Source: Bugula neritina (taxonomy: Eukaryota; Animalia; Bryozoa). Taken from it: a DNA stretch of 33,215 nt. Location of the stretch: positions 1-33,215 of the forward strand of contig CAXIUT010000030.1 in the NCBI GenBank assembly GCA_964035545.1, written 5' to 3'. The position numbers were made by a program, and so were the translations under genes. Numbering within the stretch: the stretch's first letter is position 1; each line of letters starts with the position of its first letter. Positions 12,373 to 23,451 of the stretch are shown here, piece by piece. Below the pieces are notes generated by a model, which saw only the letters and a program-made list of their open reading frames with translations, ran no database searches and was not told the origin of the DNA.

Positions 12373-14495
12373 ATGTTGGTTGGAAAACTCTTCTCATCTA
12401 CATCATTGCTATTCAGAACTCAACAATCAGTTTATATCTATCTACGTGATCACAACCAAAAAGTCACCCCTGAGATATCAAAAATGCATCTTTCGTATAT
12501 GAATCCTGTCAACCTGTTCCCAGATGCGCCCACTCAGAAGTTCATAGAGTACCAGTTGGATCCTGAAATGCAGGAACTACTCGAAAGACAGATCTTTGAG
12601 GAATATAAAAATAAGTTGCTGAGGGGTATTATTGATTAGGAGAAAGAGGTAATGATTTATTAACTAAGAAAGAACCAGATCCTTTATGGGGAGACGATCC
12701 TGCACCTCAGCACTACTATAATAACATCAGCAAAATTGATCTAATGAGGGTATCCTATCCCCACAATAACGATGCTATGCATTTTGTTGAACAATACTTT
12801 GAAAAATATTTTGATACTACTTGTTAGAAATAAATATCTGTCGATGTAGTTGCCAACAGTGATATCCATTAACTGGTTTAGTTGGGTCTGAAAGCAAGGA
12901 AGGATAATGTTGATGACCGTGAGGTGTGGTTTGGAATCGAGAATGGATTGAATCGAGGCAAGAAGTTGTATTTATTGAGTACTGAGGAGTTGGTAAAGTT
13001 GAAATGGGCATTCGATAATAAAACTAAATTTGGTACTCCTATTTTTCATCATATTCTTTCAGATTTACTTGAAGAAGATCTTCCCAAAATGAACAAATAA
13101 ACTCTTTACTCTTTGTTCTATACCTGTGGATATTCTAATAGTGGTAAAACAAATCTTCAAACTCAAATACTTGAACATCTCAGGCCTATATTTTCTAGTT
13201 TTACTTTCTAAGAGAAATCAATGTTTGTTCTGGTGCTTTCTCTATGTACTAAATCACTTAAATATTACACTAAAGTTTAGAAAAGAGTTAAAAAATAGTT
13301 CAAACAACTAGCTGCCTCTGTAATTTTTTAGTTAAATTTTTAAGAATTAGAACTAAATCATCAAACAGTACAATGGTTGATCTTTGGACTCGCTAAATTG
13401 CATCTAGAACAAACTAAATTTATAACTTTGCCTTTAAAAAAATATATTTATGATAATATTGATAGCTACTGTGAAGATAATGATAAATTATTCCAAGCGA
13501 TAGTGTATCTTGGTCAGTTGTAGGCAGGTGAAGGTGTTATGGATCAAGATATGGGTCGGATTTTGATGAGTAAAGCCCATGAAAGATGGGAATAATTTAG
13601 TAATATATAAAAAATAAGAATAGTCCATGCTTTTTGGAATATAAATTTAATGGATTAAACTTTGATATAGCTATACAAAAGTATATAACTTGAAGCTGAT
13701 ACATCTTTGCTATTTTACGCGTGTCAGATATAATTGGGTTTTTCATCTTAGCGTTAGTGGCAAATTATTCAATGCTTTGCCTATTTAGATTATATTCCTC
13801 TACCTTACTTCACTGCATATAAAAGATTTTATAATTATATCAAGGCAACAACTGAATGGAATTTGACTACTGTAGCTGATAAGTTAAAAAACACTTAGTA
13901 TTACTATAGTGCAATGAGACAATATGATTCTTTATTGAAGATAAAATCTTATAGAAAGATGAGATAATTTTAAGATTTTTCAGGAATGAGGTTTAGTCAA
14001 GTAGGAGCCCCTATTTAAAATCTATAATTAGCTCATTTTGGATATCCATTGCATAAAGTTAGCTTGGATTTTGTTGGAAAAAGAGATATGATTCCAGGAA
14101 CTGACTAACTTAAACAGTCCTATCTTAATAAACAACGTTCATTGAACAATATTGGGTGGAAACATTTGGCTTATACTGAAGATCAGATCAACAATGGTAA
14201 AATATCAGAAATTATCGCTAATATTCAAGAATGCTATAAACCCTTTATTGAATCTCAACAGGAAATAATGGATTATTAAGATTACCAACTTGCTTAAAAA
14301 ATATAAATGCATAAAGAAATCTAAGAAATGAAAACCTGGGATCTTGGATTGATAAACTAATACATGAGTTTGCTTGAAGGCAAGGAGTTTATTGAGTTGG
14401 GAGAAGAGAAGGTCGATTAGTTGAGTGATATGATGAAATAAATTTAGGAAAGTGAAAAGGAGGAGCCTGAAGTAAAGAGGAAAAAGAAAAAATGA
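12373..14495 (+). CDS. Putative mitochondrial helical protein with C-terminal RAP-like domain (FASTK-like)
   Basis: Presequence-like [16 protein letters not shown]; 20-nt intron 12649-12668; KVSLDFVG...[24 protein letters not shown] resembles RAP; TGA 14493-14495. Confidence 0.6.
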
Positions 14496-14549
14496 TATAA
14501 AATAATAGAAATACTAAACATATTAAAAGGATTTTTCTTTTTATCATAA

Positions 14550-16514
14550 TCAGGGGTTGGGGTTGGGGTTGGGGTTGGGGTTGGGGTTGGGGTTGGGGTT
14601 GGGGTTGGGGTTGGGGTTGGGGTTGGGGTTGGGACATGAATAGACGATGATTTCTTCTTCACTCCAGTTTTTAAAGGGAAGTTTCTTGTTATCTCCAAGG
14701 TTGGCCTTTAGGAATCTTTCAAATGTACTTTTTGACAGTTTAGCCTTAAGATTGACAAATTGATTAAGTGTAGGGTGGTATACGATCAGTCCATGGTTAT
14801 TTTTATTTAGTTGCGGAATATCATTTTTGAACTGTTGATTGCAACTGAGATCAACTTAGTAGAACTGATAGTCATTAATAAAATTTTTAGCTACTTCTTT
14901 AAGGTAATCATAAGCTGTCCTATCTTGCTTTTTAGAATTAGTAAAAAGAAGAACACATTTTTTGAATGGATAATTGCATATTGATTTGATGTTACTATTA
15001 GTTTAGATATTTTGGATGGGTTTATCAAAGAATGAATCGATAATAATTTTAGATTTAAGTCTTGTTTGCTAGATAACAAAATAGGTACGTATTCAGCTGT
15101 CGTATATACATCTTAAAATTTATCAGAATTGAAATTATTTCCTGATATTTTCATTTATCCATTCACCTACTTTTGATAACAGACAAATCCATACTCAAAT
15201 TACATCTTCATCTTGATTTTAGTCTACTAGTATTCATCTTCTTTAACGATGAAACAATGAGTCAGTCCTTTGAAAAAATTAGAAAGAGCTATCGTACAAA
15301 AATGACTATACTTCTATCTGACTCCCATCACCACAAACCCTTTCTGCAAAAAAAGAGATGTGTTAGAGACAAAGTGGTCTTTACCAAGAGGTCTCCAATC
15401 CACGTCATTGTTTGGAACTGGAGATGTTTTGCGATGCTAAGGATCGAAAAGAGTCAAAGACTATCCTGACATAGAACTATTGATGAAATGAATATAGGAA
15501 AAGAATTGTCCGTATTTCTATTGAAGGGTTAAAAGTTTAGTTGGTTCTTAGTTGGTCTAATCAACAAAGACCCAACCATTCGATTTATCAAGTAATTCAA
15601 CCAATTCATCAACTCTATCAGTAATAGTGATTCCTTTGTTTTTTGGAACTTTCATTTTATGATACAAAAGGTCATTTCTTTGTTCTCTGAGAGCTAGTGG
15701 CTCCAAAAAGGTTTTGATATCTTCATAATTATCAGTATTCAACTCATTTCCAGAATATTTGTATAATACATTTATTTAATCTGCAAAATTGTATTTTAAC
15801 ACCAAAAGAGTTGGAAAACTCGTTATGTTGAGATGTTTTATAATACTTTAAGTTAGATCACTAACAAAAGCCATCTAAATATAAATAAATATACATCGTA
15901 GCGAAGGAAGAAGTGTATTCCCAATTGAGAAGCAACTAGAGGTAATTCATCTTCTCTGGTGGCAATAAGCAAGTTGGGAGTGTAGCGTGGTTCTAGCCAT
16001 TTTTAAAATTATTCCAAACTGTGAAGTTCTTCATAGAACTGAGGCATCATTTCGAATAAAAACTTTAGAATTCTTCTACTGTATACACATCTTTGGGATG
16101 TCGATAGTATCTACTTTTAGGAGGGTTTTGCATACGTTTACCAGCATAGTTCATGAACCCTCCAGTAGGATAATACCCCATAATGACATGATTATCTTTT
16201 GTTCTCTTCATATCTTCACAAACCAATTGTGGTTGCCTATCTGTATTTTTGGTATTTGATATTTTTTAGCAGTCAGATAGTAAAAATTTCATGTAGTCTT
16301 TGTTTCTATACTAAGTTTATTCGACAGTGATGAGGAAGTCTTCGAACTGTGGGCTTTTGGAGAAATGGTGGTTGTAGTAGGCATGGATGATGGGGAAGTG
16401 GGAATTCTATTCGTAAAAGTGCATGATATAGTCGAAGTCATCAAGCTGATCGTAGTTATGAACTGAGACCAGTAAGATCAAGAGAATGATGATAGTCATA
16501 CGTGGTAAGATCAT
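14550..16514 (-). CDS. Secreted/ER thioredoxin-fold (PDI-like) protein ending in telomere-encoded (PN)13P
   Basis: Signal peptide [20 protein letters not shown]; [13 protein letters not shown]; 20-nt introns 15875-15894 and 15069-15088; last exon ...[12 protein letters not shown]-(PN)13-P-TGA; one unresolved frame change near 16060. Confidence 0.7.
14553..14633 (+). repeat. Interstitial telomeric array 1: GGGG(TTGGGG)12TTGGG, 81 nt
   Basis: Perfect array with unique sequence on both sides. Confidence 0.95.
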
Positions 16515-16770
16515 TATATATTATAGTTAATTTTAAAATCAATCAGAATACGAGGTAAACTTATAAAATAAATAATAAGGAATTTGGTGTCCTCTTTGGA
16601 TTTATATTTCATTATTGTTTATATTTTAAATATATTATTTGATTTGAAGGAGCCTTATTGAAGATAAGAATTATATTTTTGGATAGACTTGAATGAATAT
16701 AAGGAAATATTTTCCCAAAATATAATTCTTTTTCAAACTATCCAAAATATATCAATAAAATAAATTATTC

Positions 16771-17217
16771 ATGATGGCTGAAAAAAGAATTAAGAAAGAA
16801 CTTGAGGATCTTTAGAAAAATCCTCCCTATCACTTCTGGACTGAGCCCATTGGAACTAATATTTTTCACTGGCATGCTACTATAATAGGCCCTGAGGGTA
16901 TTCCATACTATGGAGGATCTTTCTTTTTGGATATTGTACTATCATAACATTATCCATTTAGACCTCCAAAATGTACTTTTTTAACAAAGATATATCACCC
17001 TAATATCAATTAAAAGGGTACTATTCATCTAAGCACACTTCAAGGCTCATGGTCTCCAGCTATGACAATTGAGAATATGCTTCATTCAATAATATCCTTT
17101 TTAGGAAATCCTAACCCTGATGGACCTGCCATGATTGAGATAGGAGATCTATATAGAAAGGATTATAAAAAATATTGTGAAAAAGCAGAAGAATGGACTC
17201 AAAAGTATGCTTTGTGA
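16771..17217 (+). CDS. Ubiquitin-conjugating enzyme UBC4/UBE2D-like protein lacking the catalytic Cys
   Basis: AEKRIKKEL, WHATIIGP, YPFRPPK, TKIYHPNINEKGTIHL, WSPAMTI, PNPD, EWTQKYA; His (CAT 17026-17028) at the active-site Cys position. Confidence 0.9.
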
Positions 17218-17365
17218 TCATCATTTCTTTAAATTCTAAAGTAAGTATTTTTAAACTTTTTTGAATAAATAATTTTAACTTAGATAATTTTTAGAGCTAA
17301 AAAAGCTTTGAGAAATACATAGAAAATAGATTTTTGTTTCAAAAATAAGCATTAAATATAATTTT

Positions 17366-18550
17366 ATGAATTATTTTAATAAATTTTATTTGATATTCTA
17401 TTAAAATATAATTAATTGGTAACTTCTTTACTTTATTTTCATATAGGGGTGGGGTTGGGGTTGGGGTTGGGGGTTGGGGTTGGGGTTGGGGTTGGGGTTG
17501 GGGTTGGGGTTGGGGTTGGGGTTGGGGTTGGGCATAGTCAAACAGATCTTGGCTCAATCCCCCCAACACCATCAATAACTACTAACTCTCATAACTCAAT
17601 TCAAACAGTATTCTTGCCCTCATTTGGTTAAAGTCATTGATTCTCATACAGTCCAGGCAGTCAATTTATGTTCAGTTATTTCACATATCTACGTGATGGT
17701 TGAAAAACCAAAGGAAAGTTTAAAGTAGTTCAAAGATAGAATCAAATCATCAGGATAAAATATTAGTTCATAAACTATTCAAAGTGTGTTATTGGGATGT
17801 TGTAGAGCAATCAATTTTATGAAAAAATAAGGAAAAGAATAATATCTTCAACTAAATGATAATTTGATCTTCATGGATTAAATCGAAGGATAACTTATAG
17901 TTAAAGTAGTTGATCCTAGGTTTTCAGATATGTAAGGAGAATGGAATTAGTATTAAACTTTGGAAGTGCAACTAGCATCAGCTGTTAAACCTTTACTCAG
18001 CTTTAAAAGTAATATCGAACTGGGAGTTTTAGTTTAACAACTTGAAAATAATTAAGTTAGTATTAAATAGTTAGAATAGTTATTGGATACTAAAAAACGT
18101 AACGGACTAAATTTAGTAAAAAATATGAGTAAAAATAGATAATCTTTGGTTTCAGTTGTTTCTCATACTCCTAGTCTTATGATTGATAGTGGAGATGTGA
18201 GTGATTTGATGTTCAAACATTTCTATGAACACATTGATGATAATATTTCTGAGATTCCAATCAAAAGTGGATAAATATTGACCACTTAAACGATTGATTA
18301 ACCTGAAAACTATCATCTATTTCCTAAAAAGTATCTAAAGAACAAAGCTTTTCGTAAGATGAATAGAACTTTTAACTATAGTGAATGGGCTAAATCATAG
18401 ACAGGATGGAGTGAGGCAAAAAGTCTATAACCTGGAGCCATTACTCGAGACCAATCAGTAAAGTAAAATTTCAACAGAGTAGATAAACATAAATCATATG
18501 ATAGTTATAACTATTCAGAACCGTTGCCCTACTTTACACATCGCAAGTGA
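17366..18550 (+). CDS. Protein-kinase-like fold protein (probable pseudokinase); start uncertain
   Basis: TGA-free frame; CPHLVKVIDS...HIYVMVEKPKESLKEF...VLLGCCRAINFM...KVVDPRF resembles kinase subdomains IV-VII without HRD/DFG. The only in-frame ATG seen upstream of the array (17366) lies in AT-rich DNA. Confidence 0.55.
17446..17532 (+). repeat. Interstitial telomeric array 2, 87 nt, with one TGGGG and one TTGGGGG variant unit
   Basis: Read directly. Confidence 0.95.
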
Positions 18551-18676
18551 TATTTAATCTAATCAATCTTTATCGAATAACCATATTTATCTACTCTTAA
18601 AGAATATCATTCTATATTTATTTTGTTTAATTCAATAATTAAGTATCAAATAAGAAGATAGATTATCAACTAAATA

Positions 18677-18997
18677 TCAAAGACCAGGTAAACTTTTCTT
18701 GAGATTGCTTATTTTTTAATCATTTTCATTCCATAATTAACAAAGCGATTCCACCATTCCTTTATATCTTTGAGCTTAGGGATGTCTAAGTTGACTATTG
18801 CTTGTCTTACAGTTTGATTTTCGAGAGTTATCTTGCTGCTGAAGAATGTTCAGATATGCATCGATACGATCAAAAGCTACTGGCTAACTCCGAAGTAATT
18901 TATGAAGGTATTGCCATTCTGTTTGGAGACGGTCGCTTGAGTTGGGACCTGATGCGATGATGTTAACGAAACGATTGATGATGTCCAGTTGCTACAT
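18677..18997 (-). CDS. Small hypothetical protein (~106 aa)
   Basis: ATG 18997 to TGA 18679-18677, GC-richer than flanks, head-to-head with the radial spoke gene. Confidence 0.6.
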
Positions 18998-19047
18998 TTT
19001 AGTATTATAGGTGATAAAATTGATTTATATTATTTTTGTATAACTGC

Positions 19048-20439
19048 ATGGAAGGGATATTTTCAAACATGGGTGACGCTGCCCAAGACATCAAACAAAA
19101 AATATAAGAACACAGCCTCTTAGGAGATGTCAATGTGATACCTCATGTGGCAAAGATACTAGGACATATTGATCGTTAGAAAGAGAACAAAGAAATCATT
19201 GATATTTCTAATTTAATTAAAAGGACTAACTTGAGACCAGAAGAGAGTCGAGATGTGATCAATGAGGTGGCTATATTTGTTTCTCAAAGAAAAGGAGAAA
19301 AAAGAGAGTACCATTTGCCTTAATTTTGTGCACAAATAGATAAGCTAAAGTGGGTTGGAGTTGGTCTATCAAGGGAATAGGTCTACTTGGTATAGCAACA
19401 CCTAAAGGGTTTGGCTGAAATGAAGAAAGTAAGTTAATTGAGATTTTGGGGTAAAATATTTGGTACTAATTGTGATTACTATATCATTCAGGGTATCAGT
19501 AATGACGATGGAGGACTTGAGTAGATTCCTCCTGGCTCATAGAAGAGAGGAGAAGGCATCAACTACTTTAGTTTCTGGGTGTCTAATAGTTTGCTATAAA
19601 ATGAATGGACCTAGCTTCCTTTGATCAGACCAGAACACATCAAAGTTGCTAGAAAGATTCGCAAGATATTTACTGGCTCTTTATTCGCTCCAATAATTTC
19701 TTTTCCTAGTTTCCCTGGATAAGAAAGACACTATGTATTTAGATGGTGATGTAGTTAAAGGCACAACTTGTGAGGATGATTAGTAGTTTATAGATAGTCC
19801 CTAAGGGAATTTATAAGCCTAATGATGATAATCCAAAGATAGTGGAGTTTGAGGAAGAAGTAAAAATACCTGAATTTGGAGAATTAAGTACGATTGAAAG
19901 TTGGGTCCATCGAAATCCAAATCTTCTTAATGTATTCTATTTGAAATATAGCTTGGAAGATGTACTCACTATATTGACCCTTCCACTCCCGAAGATCAAT
20001 TAGAAACAGTTACTGCTGAATTGACAGAGAAAGACCCTGAAATATAAAGATTAAGAGGAGTAACTGAAGATAAATTACCTTAAGGAAATTCTCTAGGAGT
20101 ATAAAATGTGTGGCAGGTAAAGGTATTTGGCTAAAGTCAGGTGTTTCAGAAAGATTAAGGCACAAGTGTGTATGCTGTAGCTGCATTAAAAAATATTTTA
20201 TGGCCTGGATGGGTTACTATTGGCTATGTATATAATCTATGATTTAGAAAGGAGGATTTTGTAACTATTATACTGGATATGGACACAAATGGACTCAAAG
20301 TTGCTGGAGTTAAAGTTAAAATGCTAATTTAGGAGAATAGGCTTAAGATGTTAGCGAATGTCATGAACCCAATCCTAAAGATGAGCCTAAACCTGTTGAG
20401 TAAGAACCTGCCTAGCCTGCTGAGTAATAAGATTCTTGA
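19048..20439 (+). CDS. Radial spoke head protein 4/6 family
   Basis: [83 protein letters not shown]; three 20-nt introns 19735-19754, 19932-19951, 20228-20247. Confidence 0.92.
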
Positions 20440-20481
20440 ATTTATCCTTATTATAATTAACAATATTAATTAAATTAACAT

Positions 20482-21198
20482 ATGTTCAGGTATCTCTCCA
20501 GTATTTCAACTCGGGGGTTGGGGTTGGGGTTGGGGTTGGGGTTGGGGTTGGGGTTGGGGTTGGGGTTGGGGTTGGGGTTGGGGTTGGGGTTGGGGTGGAT
20601 TCCAAGACAAAAATTATATCACAAAACAAGAAAACCTCGTCAACCGGAGTGGGATGATCCTGAAATAATTTTTCCTAAATTAATACCACCACTTTATAAA
20701 CCATGTGCTTTCAAACACTATGTCAAGAATGTGATAGAAGAAGAAGAGAAAGAGAAAGCTTTGAGGAATAAGGAATATATTTTAGGAGATATCAGACCTG
20801 GAGATATAGTTGATCTTACATTCCAGGAAACGTTTTAAAGTGCTCAAACAGTCACTCATAGAGGATTGGTCTTATCGTTCAAACGGAAAAGATCATGGAG
20901 CGCAGCAATATAGCTAGCTATTAGGTTTGGTGGAATGGCACTAAAATGTATTTACTTGGTTCATTCTCCGAAAGTTAAGAAAATTTAATTAGTGGGAAAA
21001 GGTTCAGGGTGTTTCAGGTCTAACTTAAAACCTAATTGGCATAAAATGAACAAAACTCAACTAACAACTCCTAGAATAAAGAAAAGAATGATGAAGGCTC
21101 GTAACCAAGGAAAGAAGAAGAAACAAGGAATTAAAAGGACTTCATCTGCTGTTAAATACGATCAAATCATGGACGATAGTGTAAAGAGACTAGTGTGA
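20482..21198 (+). CDS. MRPL19: Mitochondrial ribosomal protein bL19-like, with telomere-encoded (LG)13 near the N-terminus
   Basis: DIRPGDIVDL...HRGLVLSFKRK...IYLVHSPKVKKIELVGKG matches the L19 pattern; single frame through the array to TGA. Confidence 0.75.
20513..20595 (+). repeat. Interstitial telomeric array 3: GGGGG(TTGGGG)13
   Basis: Perfect array 31 nt downstream of an ATG, unique sequence on both sides. Confidence 0.95.
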
Positions 21199-21275
21199 TC
21201 TGAATATTATTAAATTCTTCTTCAATAAAAGTGTTTTTCGATAATAAAAAAATGAGATAAAACAATAATAGACTA

Positions 21276-22690
21276 TCATTCAGTTTAATTAGCTAGTTTG
21301 ATTGTAATTTAAGTGAGTTGTTTGATATTATTCTATGCTGCTTAAGTTCCTGCATTATTTCTTTTGTCTCCCTTTTGGTTTAATCTCTTTAGCATTCTCA
21401 ATAAATTATTTTTAATTCTCTGAGTTTTCCCTTCTATTGCATTAACTTCACTCTGTATCTCCATTAACTGGTTCTTTTTTTCATCTGATCCCAGTTCAAT
21501 TGCACTCTTTTATAGTTGTTCTTCATTTTGTAAAAGATCAAATTTAGAGTTCATTAACTTTTATTTCAAAACAGCATTATCTTCTTATAATTTATCAATA
21601 AACTTTTATTTCTATACTATAGCCTGCTCTCTTTGAGTTCTTTAGGCTTAGTGCTCGAAGAAACGCTCAACAAGAGTATTAGGTTGTTTTACATCAAAAG
21701 AACGATAAGTTGATAACTTCTGATAACTATATTAATGTTGCTAATAATGTTCTATGAGTTAAACATGTTTATTTTTAGTATATCTAGCAATAAATAGATT
21801 AGATAGAATTTTATTGTAGATTGATCTAAATTATCTGATTTCTGATTCCCTTTAGAGTTAATCCAAGTGAGCTACATATTCTTTTGATTTTTAGGAATGA
21901 AGAACCTCATCTTCTCTTCTCTTACCTATTCTTTATTGATGTTTAGCTATTTGTTAATTTCTTTAGGTTCTTTCTCTCATAGCAAGTTTATGAAGTTATT
22001 CCATCTTTACTTCCCTGCTAGCACACTTCTATGAAACCTATCTCAGCTCAGTTTCAAGGACATGTGCTGTATTTTAGATATGAGAGAGATATTATTTCAG
22101 CTAATTTTGAGTTTTTTTGAGATAAAGATTAATATCCTAAATAAAATAACAATTACTTTTCTTGTTTTTAGCATATGTTCAAAAACCCATTGATTTTATC
22201 TTGCAGCTTATGTTTTATTTAGCTGCTGTTCATTTTTATTTTTTATTTAATTCAATTTCTTATCATTATCGCCTTTATGTGATAGCATCTCATTGACTTC
22301 TTGTTTGACATCTGCTAATAGAAATTGAATTCTTTTTATTTATCTTTATTTCAAAGCTGTTTAGACTTTAAGATGGTCTCTTTTTTGTTTCATTATATTG
22401 AGCTAACTTCCTGTTTATTTCTTCTAGTCATAAGTACCATTTAATAACTTTCTTTATATCAAGTTTAAATGGATTTTCTAGTTTTTGTACTATCTTTGCT
22501 ATTGTACAGTGCTATAGCGAGATAGACTTTTCAGACGTTAGGTTTTTTGATTTTTAATGCTTTTCTTATTATCTTCAACATTCTACTGAGGATCTAAGGT
22601 GAGTTTTCTGAATTTGAGGGTTGGTTGTTGTTGAGGTGGGTTTTTTTGGAGTTATTGGACTGTTTTGATTCTTGGTAAAGAGGCAGACAT
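21276..22690 (-). CDS. Coiled-coil protein (possibly ciliary)
   Basis: MSASLPRIK...; 20-nt intron 22137-22156 puts TGA 21278-21276 in frame; E/K/L-rich. Confidence 0.7.
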
Positions 22691-22870
22691 TGTTTACGAT
22701 GAATTAAAATTATTATTTGCAGTTATGATAAAACATAATCATATTTATACCTTTTTTAAATCCAAATTTATCAAATAAAAACAATATCTTATTCTTTTAC
22801 TTTATTAATTTTGATAAAATTCGATTAAATATGATGATATATTCTAAATATAACATTTTAATTGATTTGA

Positions 22871-23410
22871 ATGCCTCCAAAGAATACCTATCATATTCGT
22901 ATGTGTAAAATCACAAGTGGTTCTAGAAACATTGACTCCTACTATATTCTTCTAAAAGATATAACTTAAAATTTCAAATGTATATCAAAAACCATGCGCA
23001 ATGATGAAGATAATTAAGATTATCTGATACCTGAACCAGATTTTATTCCCACTTTAGTTTAGATTTGGAATTATGATAAAATGACCCTTCTAGAAAAGTA
23101 TAAACTGGACTTCAAAATACAAGATATCTACCAGTGGAATTTTTATCAAGAAAATATTTAACTTAATATCGAAAAGTTGGAACCAGAAAAACCCAATCAA
23201 GTGCAAACAATGAGTAAAATAGAATCTGAAATTAAAGAACCAAGTGTAATTCAAAATAAAAGCAAGGCAGTGTCTCAGAGATCAATTGATGTTTCAGGTC
23301 GTAGTAAGAAGTTATCGATAGCAAATGAAGGTAAATAGCATGAATCAGGTTCTTTTCCTCCTCTTCCCCCTAAAAAGTAGGAATAGTCTATGTTATTGGA
23401 CTCTTCCTGA
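22871..23410 (+). CDS. Hypothetical protein (~179 aa)
   Basis: ATG 22871 to TGA 23408-23410, TGA-free frame. Confidence 0.6.
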
Positions 23411-23451
23411 CCTTGATCTATATTTTTAAACCCGTCTGTTATAATAACTTC

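Noticed and set aside
14389-14698. Supplied ORFs with (QP)n and (PT)n repeats
   Set aside because: These are off-frame readings of array 1; the gene's spliced frame reads (PN)n and stops at 14552-14550.
17339-17631. Supplied ORFs with (QP)n or (GV)n
   Set aside because: They arise from array 2; the long downstream coding frame is a different one.
14553-20595. Internal arrays as CRISPR, spliceosomal introns or end-to-end fusions
   Set aside because: There are no spacers, no AG acceptor in or at the end of the arrays, and no inverted G4T2/C4A2 junction.
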